A DNA stretch of 64,000 bases from Euglena gracilis (lineage: Eukaryota), in contig CP154954.1 of assembly GCA_039621445.1 (NCBI GenBank), positions 21,960,954 to 22,024,953 of the forward strand. Reading direction: 5' to 3'. Under the pieces are notes generated by a model. That model was not told where the DNA came from. It ran no database searches and worked only from the letters and a program-made list of their open reading frames with translations. Shown piece by piece: positions 1 through 9,789 of this stretch. The first letter of the stretch is position 1. Each line of letters starts with the position of its first letter. Position numbers and translations under genes: made by a program.

Positions 1-172
1 TAATAATCATTTCCCTAGGTTAAAATCGACTGAAAACCTAAAAGTGGTATTTCAGTGATTTTCGGCCCCACTCAGGCAAATGTTTGCCAATTTTTGGGTT
101 AGGACCACTTTACAGCCGACCCCCCCCGGGGGGGAGGGGTCCGGGTCAAGACCATTCGGGCTCCGCACGGCG

Positions 173-276
173 AGATGGTGAGGTCCTGCTTTCCTTGCCG
201 GCTGTTCCGTTCTGGTGTGTTTGTGCGTGTGCGGGGGGGTGCTTCTTACTGCTTTTTGTTGCTGGAGTTGGCTGAT
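173..276. repeat. Left inverted terminal repeat of the DIRS element (partner 3239-3341)
   Basis: agatggtgaggtcctgctttccttgccggctgttc...gctggagttggctgat is the near-exact reverse complement of 3239-3341. Confidence 0.9.
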
Positions 277-672
277 TCCTATTTCTGCCCTCAAGGAGAA
301 AGAGTTTTACTTTTACGAGTTCAAGTGGAATTATTTTACGAGGAGTACTACTTTCCCAAAGACCATCACTTTGACCAACTGGTGGACCGAACTTTTTCGG
401 AACTTCAACTTCCTGACGGAAGAATTCAACTCCTCGAGTTCAACTGGAATTATTCCCAGAAGTATTGCAATTGCCACAACAGAGATCAATGAATTTCAAA
501 GAAACTCTGAATTTCAAGAAGAACTTCAAAGAACTTCCAAGAAGTCAGCTGAAGCTGGGGAAGGTGGAGACACAGCAGCTGCTGCAGAAGCTGGAGGGGC
601 GGCAGCAACACACCTGTCCGTTGCCATCGCAACCCCCCACCGCATCAGAGATTTCAAAATCCCCCTCTCAAC

Positions 673-1560
673 ATGAGAATGGCCATGGAACATGGACAAC
701 TGTGGTCAGGAGGACAAGAAGGCAGAAGGGGAATACCATCACAGGTCCAACAGACTCCCCCCCTTTTTCTATGTCCCCCTCCTTCCAGGGGACAAAGCGA
801 GGGCTACGGCAGATTTTCAACAAATATCAGAAATCCAAAGGATTCAAGTCATCATGGCTATGGCAGCCAGCATCCAAAAGGACCTGGGGTCCAGAATCAA
901 GGCTATGGAAGCCATCATTCAAGAGGGCAGTGGACCCATGGGCAAGGCTGTGGCAGCCAGTGCCCCAGACTGGAAAGATCCCACTGGGGAAGGGTATGTC
1001 CAACTTACCCCACAGCTCTCTCAAACATAAACCCCTCAGGAGCTGCCCATCCAAGCAAGCAGTCCCCCCTTCAGGGGAAGGCCAATGGAGGCCATTATAT
1101 GCAAGAGGCCAATGGAGGCCAGGGGAAGCATCAAAATATCAAGGCCAATGGAGGTCATTTCAATCAAAATCAGGTTGCCATTGGAGGCCAGTGCATTCCA
1201 GATCACATCAGCCCTTGGGGGGGGCGGCCCAAGATTGGCTACACCAGGGCCCCCCAAGAAGGTAATCAGCCCACACCCCCCAGCTATATATGTACCTCCC
1301 CATTGCAGACACAGACCTTCCCCCATCTTTCAAATTCAGGGGGAAAGCCTGTCTTTGAGCAGCCCTATGGCAGGGCCAGAGGTGACCCCAGTGATGGGGC
1401 TGCCAGGGAGGACCCCAGTGATGGGGCCAGGGGGAAGGACCCCAGTGATGGGGCCTGTGGAATCCCCAGACACATTACACCCAGGGGTGCCCCCCTACAG
1501 AGCCCTGCAGGCCAGCATTCCCCATTGGTTCAAGGCAGGAGCCAGCACAGAGGTATATAA
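673..1560 (+). CDS. DIRS gag-like low-complexity ORF1 region (overlapping frames; short coiled coil in 692-1030)
   Basis: Lies upstream of and overlaps RT; Gly/Gln/Pro-rich with 27-bp repeats. The true frame is uncertain. Confidence 0.4.
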   Translation: MRMAMEHGQLWSGGQEGRRGIPSQVQQTPPLFLCPPPSRGQSEGYGRFSTNIRNPKDSSHHGYGSQHPKGPGVQNQGYGSHHSRGQWTHGQGCGSQCPRLERSHWGRVCPTYPTALSNINPSGAAHPSKQSPLQGKANGGHYMQEANGGQGKHQNIKANGGHFNQNQVAIGGQCIPDHISPWGGRPKIGYTRAPQEGNQPTPPSYICTSPLQTQTFPHLSNSGGKPVFEQPYGRARGDPSDGAAREDPSDGARGKDPSDGACGIPRHITPRGAPLQSPAGQHSPLVQGRSQHRGI

Positions 1561-3009
1561 CTTTCTAAGGGAAGGGGTCAGGGCAGATATTCTCCTCCCC
1601 CCTCAGATGTCCTTAAAAGTTCCCTTCAAAACTCCCCAAGAAATAATGACTGCCCAGAAAATTCTGAGGGAATACGAATGTGCAGCGGCAACCAGCCAAA
1701 TCACCCCAGAGGAGGCAAAACATTTTGTCCCTTATTTTATCATTCCCAAAGAGGAAGGGGGAAAGACAAAGGAAAGACTAATTTCAGATTGTCGACAGTT
1801 AAATCTCCATTTCACCCCCCAGAAGTTCAGATTGGAACACATGGGAAACATCTTCCCATATCTCAGAAAAGGTTGGTTCTGTGGAAAAATAGATCTGAAA
1901 GACGATTATTTCTACTTAAAGCTGCACAGCAGACTGGAAAAACATGTTTGCATGCAGGTGGGGGGGGGGAGAAACGTGGCAATTTCAATCTGCATGCTTT
2001 GCCTGCCACAAAAGTTTATCACTCTAATGAGAGTCTGGGAAAGGAAAGGGAGAAAGGAAGGAAAGGTAGTTTTCATCTACCTGGACGACATTTTGCTGTT
2101 AGCCCCCAGCAAAAAGACAGCAGCCCAACATTTGGCAGAAATGAAAAAAGATCTTTCACTGGCAGGTTTCAGAATAAACCTCCCCAAATCATGTATGGAA
2201 CTAACACAAGAAATAAAGCATTTGGGCCAGTGGATCAATTTTAAAAATTGCCAACTGGAAATTCCACAGGTAAAACTGAAATCCTTAAGAAAGGAATTAG
2301 GAAAGGTGCTGACAGCACAACAAATGAGCTGCAAAAAGCTCAGCTCTATTGTAGGGCAAGTAAGAAGCTATTTAGTTTCAATGCCTTTTCTCAGAATTCT
2401 GACAGATCAACTTTGCAAAATGGTGGATCTGCATACCAAGTGGGGTTGGGACCACACCTTGACCATTCCACAAGGGGTCAAAGATCAAATTGTGGAGTTA
2501 AAGGCATTTTTGCAGCCAGGTGTGGGCAGAGCATTTCAATCCCAGGCCTCTCAGGAACTCTTCTCAGACAGCAGCACCTGGCAATGGGGGGGGGGGGTTG
2601 GACAAAGATTCAGGCCAAAAGGTGCAGGATTTTTGGAGGGACCTGCATGTCCTTCACATCAATCGAAAAGAATTGCAGGCTGCAGTGGAAACTGTAAAAT
2701 CTTTGGCCAAACCAAAACAAACGATTGTGCTTCATGTGGACAGTCAGGTGGCTGTCAGTTATTTGACAAAATGGGGAGGCAAAAAGCCACACCTAAATTC
2801 CATCCTAAAACCCCTGTTGTATCATCTTCAATTTGCAGGTGGTTTTGGTTCCCACAAAAGAACAATTGGCAGACTCCCTGACCAGGCAACAAAAGGACCC
2901 AGGGGATTATACCCTAAACCTGAACATCTTTCACCAAATTCTTCAGGTCTTCAGAATGGACATAACCCCAGAAGTGGACATGTTTTGCACTCCCAGCAAC
3001 AAAAAACGA
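1085..3009 (+). pseudogene. DIRS-type RT, RNase H and N-terminus of MTase, frameshifted and truncated
   Basis: RT motifs RLISDCRQLN, KIDLKDDYF, FIYLDDILL. RNase H motifs LFSDSS, HINRKELQA, VDSQVAVSYL, LADSLTR are spread over three frames, with a shift at the G-run ~2587-2598. MTase start DYTLN...PEVDMFCTPSNKK. Confidence 0.85.
1384..1455 (+). repeat. 27-bp tandem repeat x3
   Basis: gaccccagtgatggggc at 1384, 1411 and 1438. Confidence 0.9.
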
Positions 3010-3014
3010 ATGGT

Positions 3015-3091
3015 CCGAATGGTCTCGGACTCCCACGACAGAGGAAGGGGCAGGAAGGGACCAAGAGGGCGAAGCACAAGAAGATGGTGAG
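3015..3091. repeat. DIRS internal complementary region (ICR)
   Basis: 3015-3025 is the reverse complement of 149-159; 3026-3091 is the reverse complement of ~3332-3397. Confidence 0.85.
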
Positions 3092-4224
3092 CCCAACCCT
3101 TCCACCCAAAACATCAGCAGAAAAAGAAAGACATCCCAACCAGAAAGGGGACCCCCGACCAAGCAGCCATGGGAGAGGGGGGGCGGGGGCGGGGACACGA
3201 CGGTTCAGCTTCGCCAAGGTGTCGGAGGAGGCCTCATCATCGCTAACTCCGGCAACAAAGGCGCAATAAGAAGCACCCCCCGCACACGCACAGACACACC
3301 AGAACAGAACAGCCGGCAAGGAAAGCACGACCTCACCATCTTCTTGTGCTGCGCCCTCTTCGTCCCTTCCTCCCCCTTCCTCTGTCGTGGGAGTCCGAAA
3401 ACCAGTCAGTCACCCTGAAAAAACCAGTCACCTCCGCCCCCCGGGGGGGGGGGGGGTCGGTCAGTGCTTAAGCAACTGCCTGTTCCGGACCACCCCCTCC
3501 TCTCCTTATATTATTTCGTCCAAGGTACCACCCAATTCCACTGAATGGTCCTTCAAACCCTGGCGTAGGATCGTTGAACTCTTTCCCCTGCGGCGGCTTT
3601 TTTCAAGTGCTTCTTCAGTTTTTCTTGGGCACAGCACTGTGAAGCCACTTGAACCAGGAAATCAGGATCCGCCCAGTTCACCATCTGACTAAAGAAAATC
3701 CCTGCCAACGAGGGTTTCCTCAACCTTCTCTTGCATTACTAACTTCTCCACCGAGGAGATTCAACCGCTCGGCCACGTGCTGTGCTCAGGGTTCGCTATC
3801 GCTGGGGGATGTGCTCTCATTCTGGGGTTTTGCCTTTTTTGTGCCCCTGCGCTTCTGGTTATGCCTCACCCAGGGCGGTCCAGACAACCAGTGTTTGCTT
3901 CGCCCGACTTTGGGCTTTGCCAGGCAGGGCCTCCACTAGGCCTTGGCCGGAGGATCCGGGTAGGACCTCTATGTTTGCTTCGCCCGGCTTTGGGCTTGCA
4001 GTCCTCCGGCCTCGGCTTTCGGTTCGACCCGCCGGCACAGCTTAGCTTTGTACAATTTTTTCGAAGTCCTTGACTTTTCCCCCTTGAACTCTTCCCCCTG
4101 GGTTTCTTTTTGTAGTTTGACAACGACAAATCTTGTAAGCAACAAATCAACGATGAGGTAAATTCTGTGAAAGTACTTGTCAGAGCGGTAAAGAAGAACC
4201 TTGTGTGAAGGAAAATTTTGTAGT

Positions 4225-4490
4225 TACATTGGGGGGGTTCGAGTGGGCTATCCTTAGGGTGTGGTTATTTCCTAATCCTAACCAGTCTGAAAATTCAGCC
4301 GGCCGGACTTGGAAAATTCGGCTGTGAAGGTGAGAAGGGTCAAAATTCAGGTTCAGGCACTAAAGGCCGACCCTGTTATCCCTTTCCGAAAGTTAAATTC
4401 GCCTGAAAACCAAAAATGGGTATTTCAGGGATTTTTGAGCCCACTAAGAACAATTCCGGTCAAATTTATGGTTAGGACCCCTTTACACTC
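4225..4490. repeat. Dispersed repeat R (copies at 1-116, 4225-4490 and, inverted, 41846-42105)
   Basis: Shared blocks ctgaaaacc..aaa.tgg.tatttcag.gattt..gcccact and ggttaggacc.ctttaca. ctcgaaccc and caag.ccggccg also match between 4225-4375 and 41960-42105. Confidence 0.7.
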
Positions 4491-5403
4491 CCCCAGAGAG
4501 AAACGTCTTGGGGTCATTTAGTTAATCGCAGAAAATAAAAGGGGTCCGATGAAAAGGAAAATTTTTAATTTTTGCCCCAAGTGGTACGTGTGCTGATCGT
4601 TAAATAACATTCTAACGGTGAGGGGGGGGGCCGCCCTCGGGGCTCGCTCAACCCCGAGGGTCGCAACGGGGGGCAAAATCACAACGGTGCAGCCATGTCG
4701 CAACGGGGCGGCATCGTGCAACGGTGCAACGGGGGGTCACGGCGCATCATAGTTGCGGCCGCCGCACGACGCGTCACCCACGGGGGGAAGGGCTTTAGAC
4801 GCCCCGTACCACCCCCGCAACGGCTGTGGTTGGTCTCCTCCACCAAATTTCAGTGTTGATGGTCCTGTTCCATCCCGCCTCCGCTTTGAACCACTCGATG
4901 GAGTGCCGTGCGTGTATGTGTAAGTCGCGCGTTGTAAATCTGCCGGGTGTCAAACAAAGAAGAGAAGGGGGGGCGTAACTTGGTAGGTCGTGTCACGCCC
5001 GGCCTTGCCTAGGGTTGCGTCGCAACTCGAAAGTTGCACGGCAAGCCTCGACAACGACCATCCACAGCACCCTAATCAGATTTTTGGATCTTTTTTTGCA
5101 GATTTTTTTGTCATTCTTAGGGAACTCTCCGACTTTTTTGAGATCGCTTTTTTTGTAAGTCGACTTTTTTTGAATCAACACTTTTTTGTAGTTCCACCTC
5201 TTTATCCAGCCGTTCGAACGATTTGTTGATTGCTCTGGTGTGTCCGTGTGTCTCTCGATCTGTTACCCGTTGCAGACGAGTACCAAAAATCAAAAGATCG
5301 GAAAAGAAAGCGACTCCGCAACCCGCGGGAGCGATTCCCCACGAAACTTGGCGCCTTGCGAAAACTGAAAAAAACTGAGAAACGGAGAAATCCCCTGAAT
5401 TGC

Positions 5404-5700
5404 TCAAATGGAACCCTCACGAATTCTCTTTTTGAAATACGCCATGAGGTATATTTTCAAATTTGCCTCCTTGGCGTAAACAGAAAATTCTCGAGCGTAA
5501 CGATGGAAAAAATGCCCGATGGGTTCCCAGGTGTTATCCGACTCATCCCAACCCTTCCATTTCACAAGAAATTGCCATTGTCCATTTGGACCTTTTCTAT
5601 GTGAAATAATTTTTTTCCACGACATATTCTCCGGGGGTAGCTTCCACATCCTCGGTTTTGGATTCGGTTTCATGCTGTTTTTTTCCTGGACGACAATCAC
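5404..5700 (-). pseudogene. Chromodomain, probable 3' remnant of a Gypsy integrase
   Basis: KIISHRKGPNGQWQFLVKWKGWDESDNTWEP. Confidence 0.8.
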
Positions 5701-6659
5701 TTCACCCCCCCCTTTGTTGGCAGGGCACGGTGCTGGACAAGGCTGTAGGAAAGGTGTGCATGCACAGTCCGCTTAGCAGTGAGTCGGGCCTCATGTGGCT
5801 GCTGGGGAGGATTTAGAAAACCAATTTGCAGGCACATTTGTAGCACCATTTGTCGGAGTAGTACAGCAATGTTTTGCCCAGAATGTGTGGCACCAGTAGC
5901 GGGGCTATTTGGTCCACGATTTCCCCCCATTTGGGGAGATGGGGAATTGTGGGGGACCTTTTGGTACCGAATGTGTTGCTGGTGGGCAGCCCTTGGTTTA
6001 CCAAGTGGTCCCCGGTGCTGTGGTTGGTGGGTTTGTTTTTTGGAAAAGGTCAGTGGGACCAAGGGCTGCCCAGAGCGGCGAAGATTACGGGGCACATATC
6101 GAGATTTACGGGTCTCTTGCAGATAACTTTCGTATGCTTCTTCTTCTGTGGTGCGCTTGTTCTTTCTGCTGCCCAGGACTTCCAGTCTTTCTTGGATTCT
6201 CGCGATCTTCTCCCCGACCTGTTAGGCATCCAGGGCCACCTGGCCCAAACCTTCCACCACTTGTGCCAATCTCTTTGATAGTATCAGCTCGTCCAAGGTT
6301 TCGTTCAACGTGTCCTCGGTCCCAGGCTCAGGGCTCTCCGGCCCCTTTCCAGCCATGTTTATGCGGAGACGAAAAAAATAGACACGGCATTTGATCGACG
6401 GTGGTGGGGCGAACCGAAACAACCGACCAGTGGCACAGCCTACTGGATTTGAGCGTTCGGGGGAGCAAGGCTGTTTACAGACGCCGACACTCCGAAAGTG
6501 ATGAATTTTTTGTGCTCTGACTGACTGAAGGACCCGGTGTTAGGGAGAACCGAATCCACCGACCAGTGGCGCAGCCTACTGGATTTCTTGTACTTGCATT
6601 GAGGGGCTATGTACACAAGGGTTAGGTATGTACAGCTAGCTGCGTTGGGTGGGAGGGCG

Positions 6660-7770
6660 GTGGACATGGCCTTGTTCAGGTCCTCGGTATACCAGTGTTC
6701 AAGGCTCTCATGATCTGTCAACACGAGTATCTGGACCAGGCTACTGGCTATCCAGCTGCGGAATTTCTGGAGAATAAGCACAATGGTGTATGTCTCCTTT
6801 TCGCGAATGCTCCATTTAACCTGTCCTTTCCCGTTGTCTCCCTGTAGCTTCCTGCTAAAGAAAGCCACAGGTGGGATTTCATTTGCCGCATTATGCTGGC
6901 TAAGAACCCTGCCAACAGCGTAATCGCTGCTGTCGACCTCCAGGACATACGGTTTGTGTGGATCCGCGATATCGAGAACCACGTTCTCGAGGAGCAAGTC
7001 CTTGATTTTATTCAAGGCCTCGCGCATTTGGTCATCCCAAACGACTTTTGCGTTATCAGGTGTCCGATTTTTGAATTGTCGGGTTAGGGGTACCGCTATT
7101 TTCGCGAAATCTTTCATGTAAATCGCGTAACATTGGGCTAATCCCAAGAATCCCTTTAAGTGCGTTAAGGTCTTAACGACCTCAGGAGTCCATTTCTTAA
7201 TGGCCTCCATCTTGCTGGGTGCGGCTTTACTCTGCCCGTTGCTCAAGATGTGCCCGCAAAACTTAATAATTTTGCGAAACAGATGCATTTTGGAACCCTT
7301 CACAAAAAGCACACGCTTTTGGAACGCAGATAATACCGCCTGCACATGATATCCTCGCCCGATTTCGCGGATGGCGGTTGGGTTCCCACCAGTACATCAT
7401 GAATGTACACCAGAGCAAACGGCAAATCGCGCAAAACCCACTGGATCATGCGTTGAAACATGGCTGGACCATTATTAACACCCATGGAGAGCACTGTCCA
7501 TTGGTACACACCCTTGGATGTCACGAATGCTGTGTACGGTTGTGAAGCAGGATGCAAATGCATCTGATGGAAACCGTCTCCCGGATCAAAGATTGACCGC
7601 AACCTGTTATCCGATTGTCTAGTGGACAAAATCCTCGATCAGCGGTAACGGGAAGGGGTCACCCTTCGTTTGGGAGTTCAGGTGCCGTTAATCCAGCACC
7701 AGTGTCCACTTCTTCTGACCAGACTGGTCAGCTGGTTTGGGCACCACATAAGCTTGTGATGTCCATTCAC
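6660..7770 (-). pseudogene. Gypsy family A RT C-part and RNase H, decayed
   Basis: Colinear with 60355-63552 ([26 protein letters not shown] for [23 protein letters not shown]); contains stops and frameshifts. Confidence 0.9.
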
Positions 7771-7774
7771 ACCC

Positions 7775-8042
7775 TCAACGCAGATTTCTGCGGTCATTGA
7801 GAGTGCTGACCAACACCCCAAGTCTGCTGACCACTGCTCGCGAATTACTTGCGAATTCCATGGTGTACTGGATAACCTAGTTTATGCCTGCGACGTCAAC
7901 CCCGCGATTAGCGGTCCGTTCGGTGTTTGCAAAATCGAGCTCAAGGATGGCGCTAAACCCAGGCACCCGAAATTCTTCCGTTGTTCGGGTGAACGCGAAC
8001 AAGCTCTCAACGAGATGATTGAGAAGCTCATCCAGCAGAAAC
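7775..8042 (+). pseudogene. Gypsy family A RT N-terminal block, inverted relative to the adjacent RT body
   Basis: Translates ISAVIESADQHPKS...[14 protein letters not shown]...[18 protein letters not shown], homologous to ~60346-60603. Confidence 0.85.
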
Positions 8043-9789
8043 GTACATATTAAAAACCATAACGTCTGTGCCATCCACAGAGGCTGTGAAATATTGCATC
8101 CGGCGTGGCGGTGATGTCCTGCGTGGCAATGGATGCAATCTTTGACAGGGGGAAATAGCAAGAGTTTTCTTCACAAAACGTGTTGGGGTGAGATATGCAG
8201 TGGATGGCAACAGGTGAAGAGGACCCTGTGATGGCCTCTGGGACCCCATTCTTTGTGTGTAGGGTTCAAACGTTGCCTAATAATCCTTTACCGCATCTGG
8301 AATAATCCTTTGCCCCATCTGGGTTGAGGTAAAATCCAAGTGAATTTCCCAATGGCGAGGTTAGTTTAGGGGTCCATTTGAACACGAGGTTAGGTTAGGG
8401 GTCCATTTTAACATACTTTAACATTAGAACTTCATCCAGGGCTGGATTGAGGTTGAGGTTTGCAAGAAAACTTCAACCTCAATGTTACCTCCTCAATGTC
8501 CAAAAGGCAGAAGATTGACCTCACAAAAATCATCGATTGGAAATAAATGGACCACAACCAGAGCTGATACTTTTGCTTAAAAAACAAAAACCGGACTTTT
8601 TTCAAAAAAGGCAAAAAAACGGGTGTTTTTTTATAAAAAAAAAGAGATCCTTTTCCAGGCATTACCGTCTCCTTGCGTATCACCCGACACACCTTCACGC
8701 CAAAAAACGCACAAAAATAATCTTTTTCATTTAAAAAAAATGCCAAAAATAACCAATGCACTTTCCGAGCAAATTTAAAATCGATCCAGTTACAAATTTG
8801 TTTAGGTTAGGCAATCCAGTTCGGATTCCCTCCTGAACTGTCATCCCAGGGCAAAATGATCCAGAGGATCCAGTTTCCGCTCCCCCTGCCTCTGGATGAG
8901 GTGGGGGACGCGGAGGGGTGGGGTGAGGGCATGCAAAGACATCCTCTTCGGTCAAAGCATGGTTGGATGGCATGAAAAATGTTTGTGCTTCTCAACCAAG
9001 GTTGAGGTGAAGGTGGGAGGGAATGAGGATGGGTGTGTTGGTAGATCTTCATGAGGTGGGTCTAACGCCGATTGGTGTTGGTCAAGCGCAGTGTGTGTGC
9101 AGCTTTTCTGCCCTCTATGGCCCGCCTACCTTTGGGAAATGCTGGAATTACTTGGGAAGCACGTGGCTGTCTCTCTTGGGAACGACTGCAGAGCAGGGGT
9201 GATGGGGGAAATCGGGGAGACCACACAAGAAGCATTCTTGTGGTGGGTATACGGGGGGGTCGCGAGGGTTGCACGGGGGGCAGGTCACGCACGAGTTGCA
9301 TGAGGTCATTTTCTTCCTCTGACGTTGGATCTCAATTGGTAATTTGCATGCCATTTTGTCCAAAAATTGGCCCAATAAGGCACGTGCGACAAATTTTTTG
9401 CAGTTGATTCCTTATTGAGTGGCAAATTCCTGCAGTGTGGAACGTTCTGTACCATTTGGAAGGCTGAACTGGGTTCAGAGTGGGGTCACAAGGGGGTCCG
9501 GGGAAACACCCCCCACAATTCTTATCCAAATTGCACAAGGTGGAGAGATTATAAATATTGGGCTGGGACGCTCACAGAAAAACCAACATTCGATTGTTTT
9601 GGAACTCGAAGAAAGGGAGTCTTGTGCTGATGGATCTACAAACATCAATTGCGCCCACAAAGTTCGCTTGCCGCTACCTTTTTTCTGCTTTTGTGCTTCT
9701 GCCTTGAAACAATCTGCATGTGTTTTTTTGTGTTTTCAAACTGTGTGTCCTGTCCCCAAGCGCCTGACCAGTTGGGTTCCAAGGGAACA

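Larger units (their letters stand above)
149..3398 (+). mobile_element. DIRS-like retrotransposon, internally deleted (no tyrosine recombinase)
   Basis: Overlapping gag-like and RT/RNase H ORFs and the start of a DIRS-type MTase. Inverted terminal repeats at 173-276 and 3239-3341. Internal complementary region 3015-3091 matches both ends. Confidence 0.85.

Noticed and set aside
1079-1455. CRISPR-like short repeats
   Set aside because: Codon-multiple periods inside DIRS coding sequence, no spacer structure, no cas genes.
3558-3573. Short match cctggcgtaggatcg with ~14211
   Set aside because: No extended homology; treated as chance.
5404-5700. Chromodomain as the 3' end of the fragmented family A element
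   Set aside because: Sequence differs strongly from the family A chromodomain and no integrase core links them.
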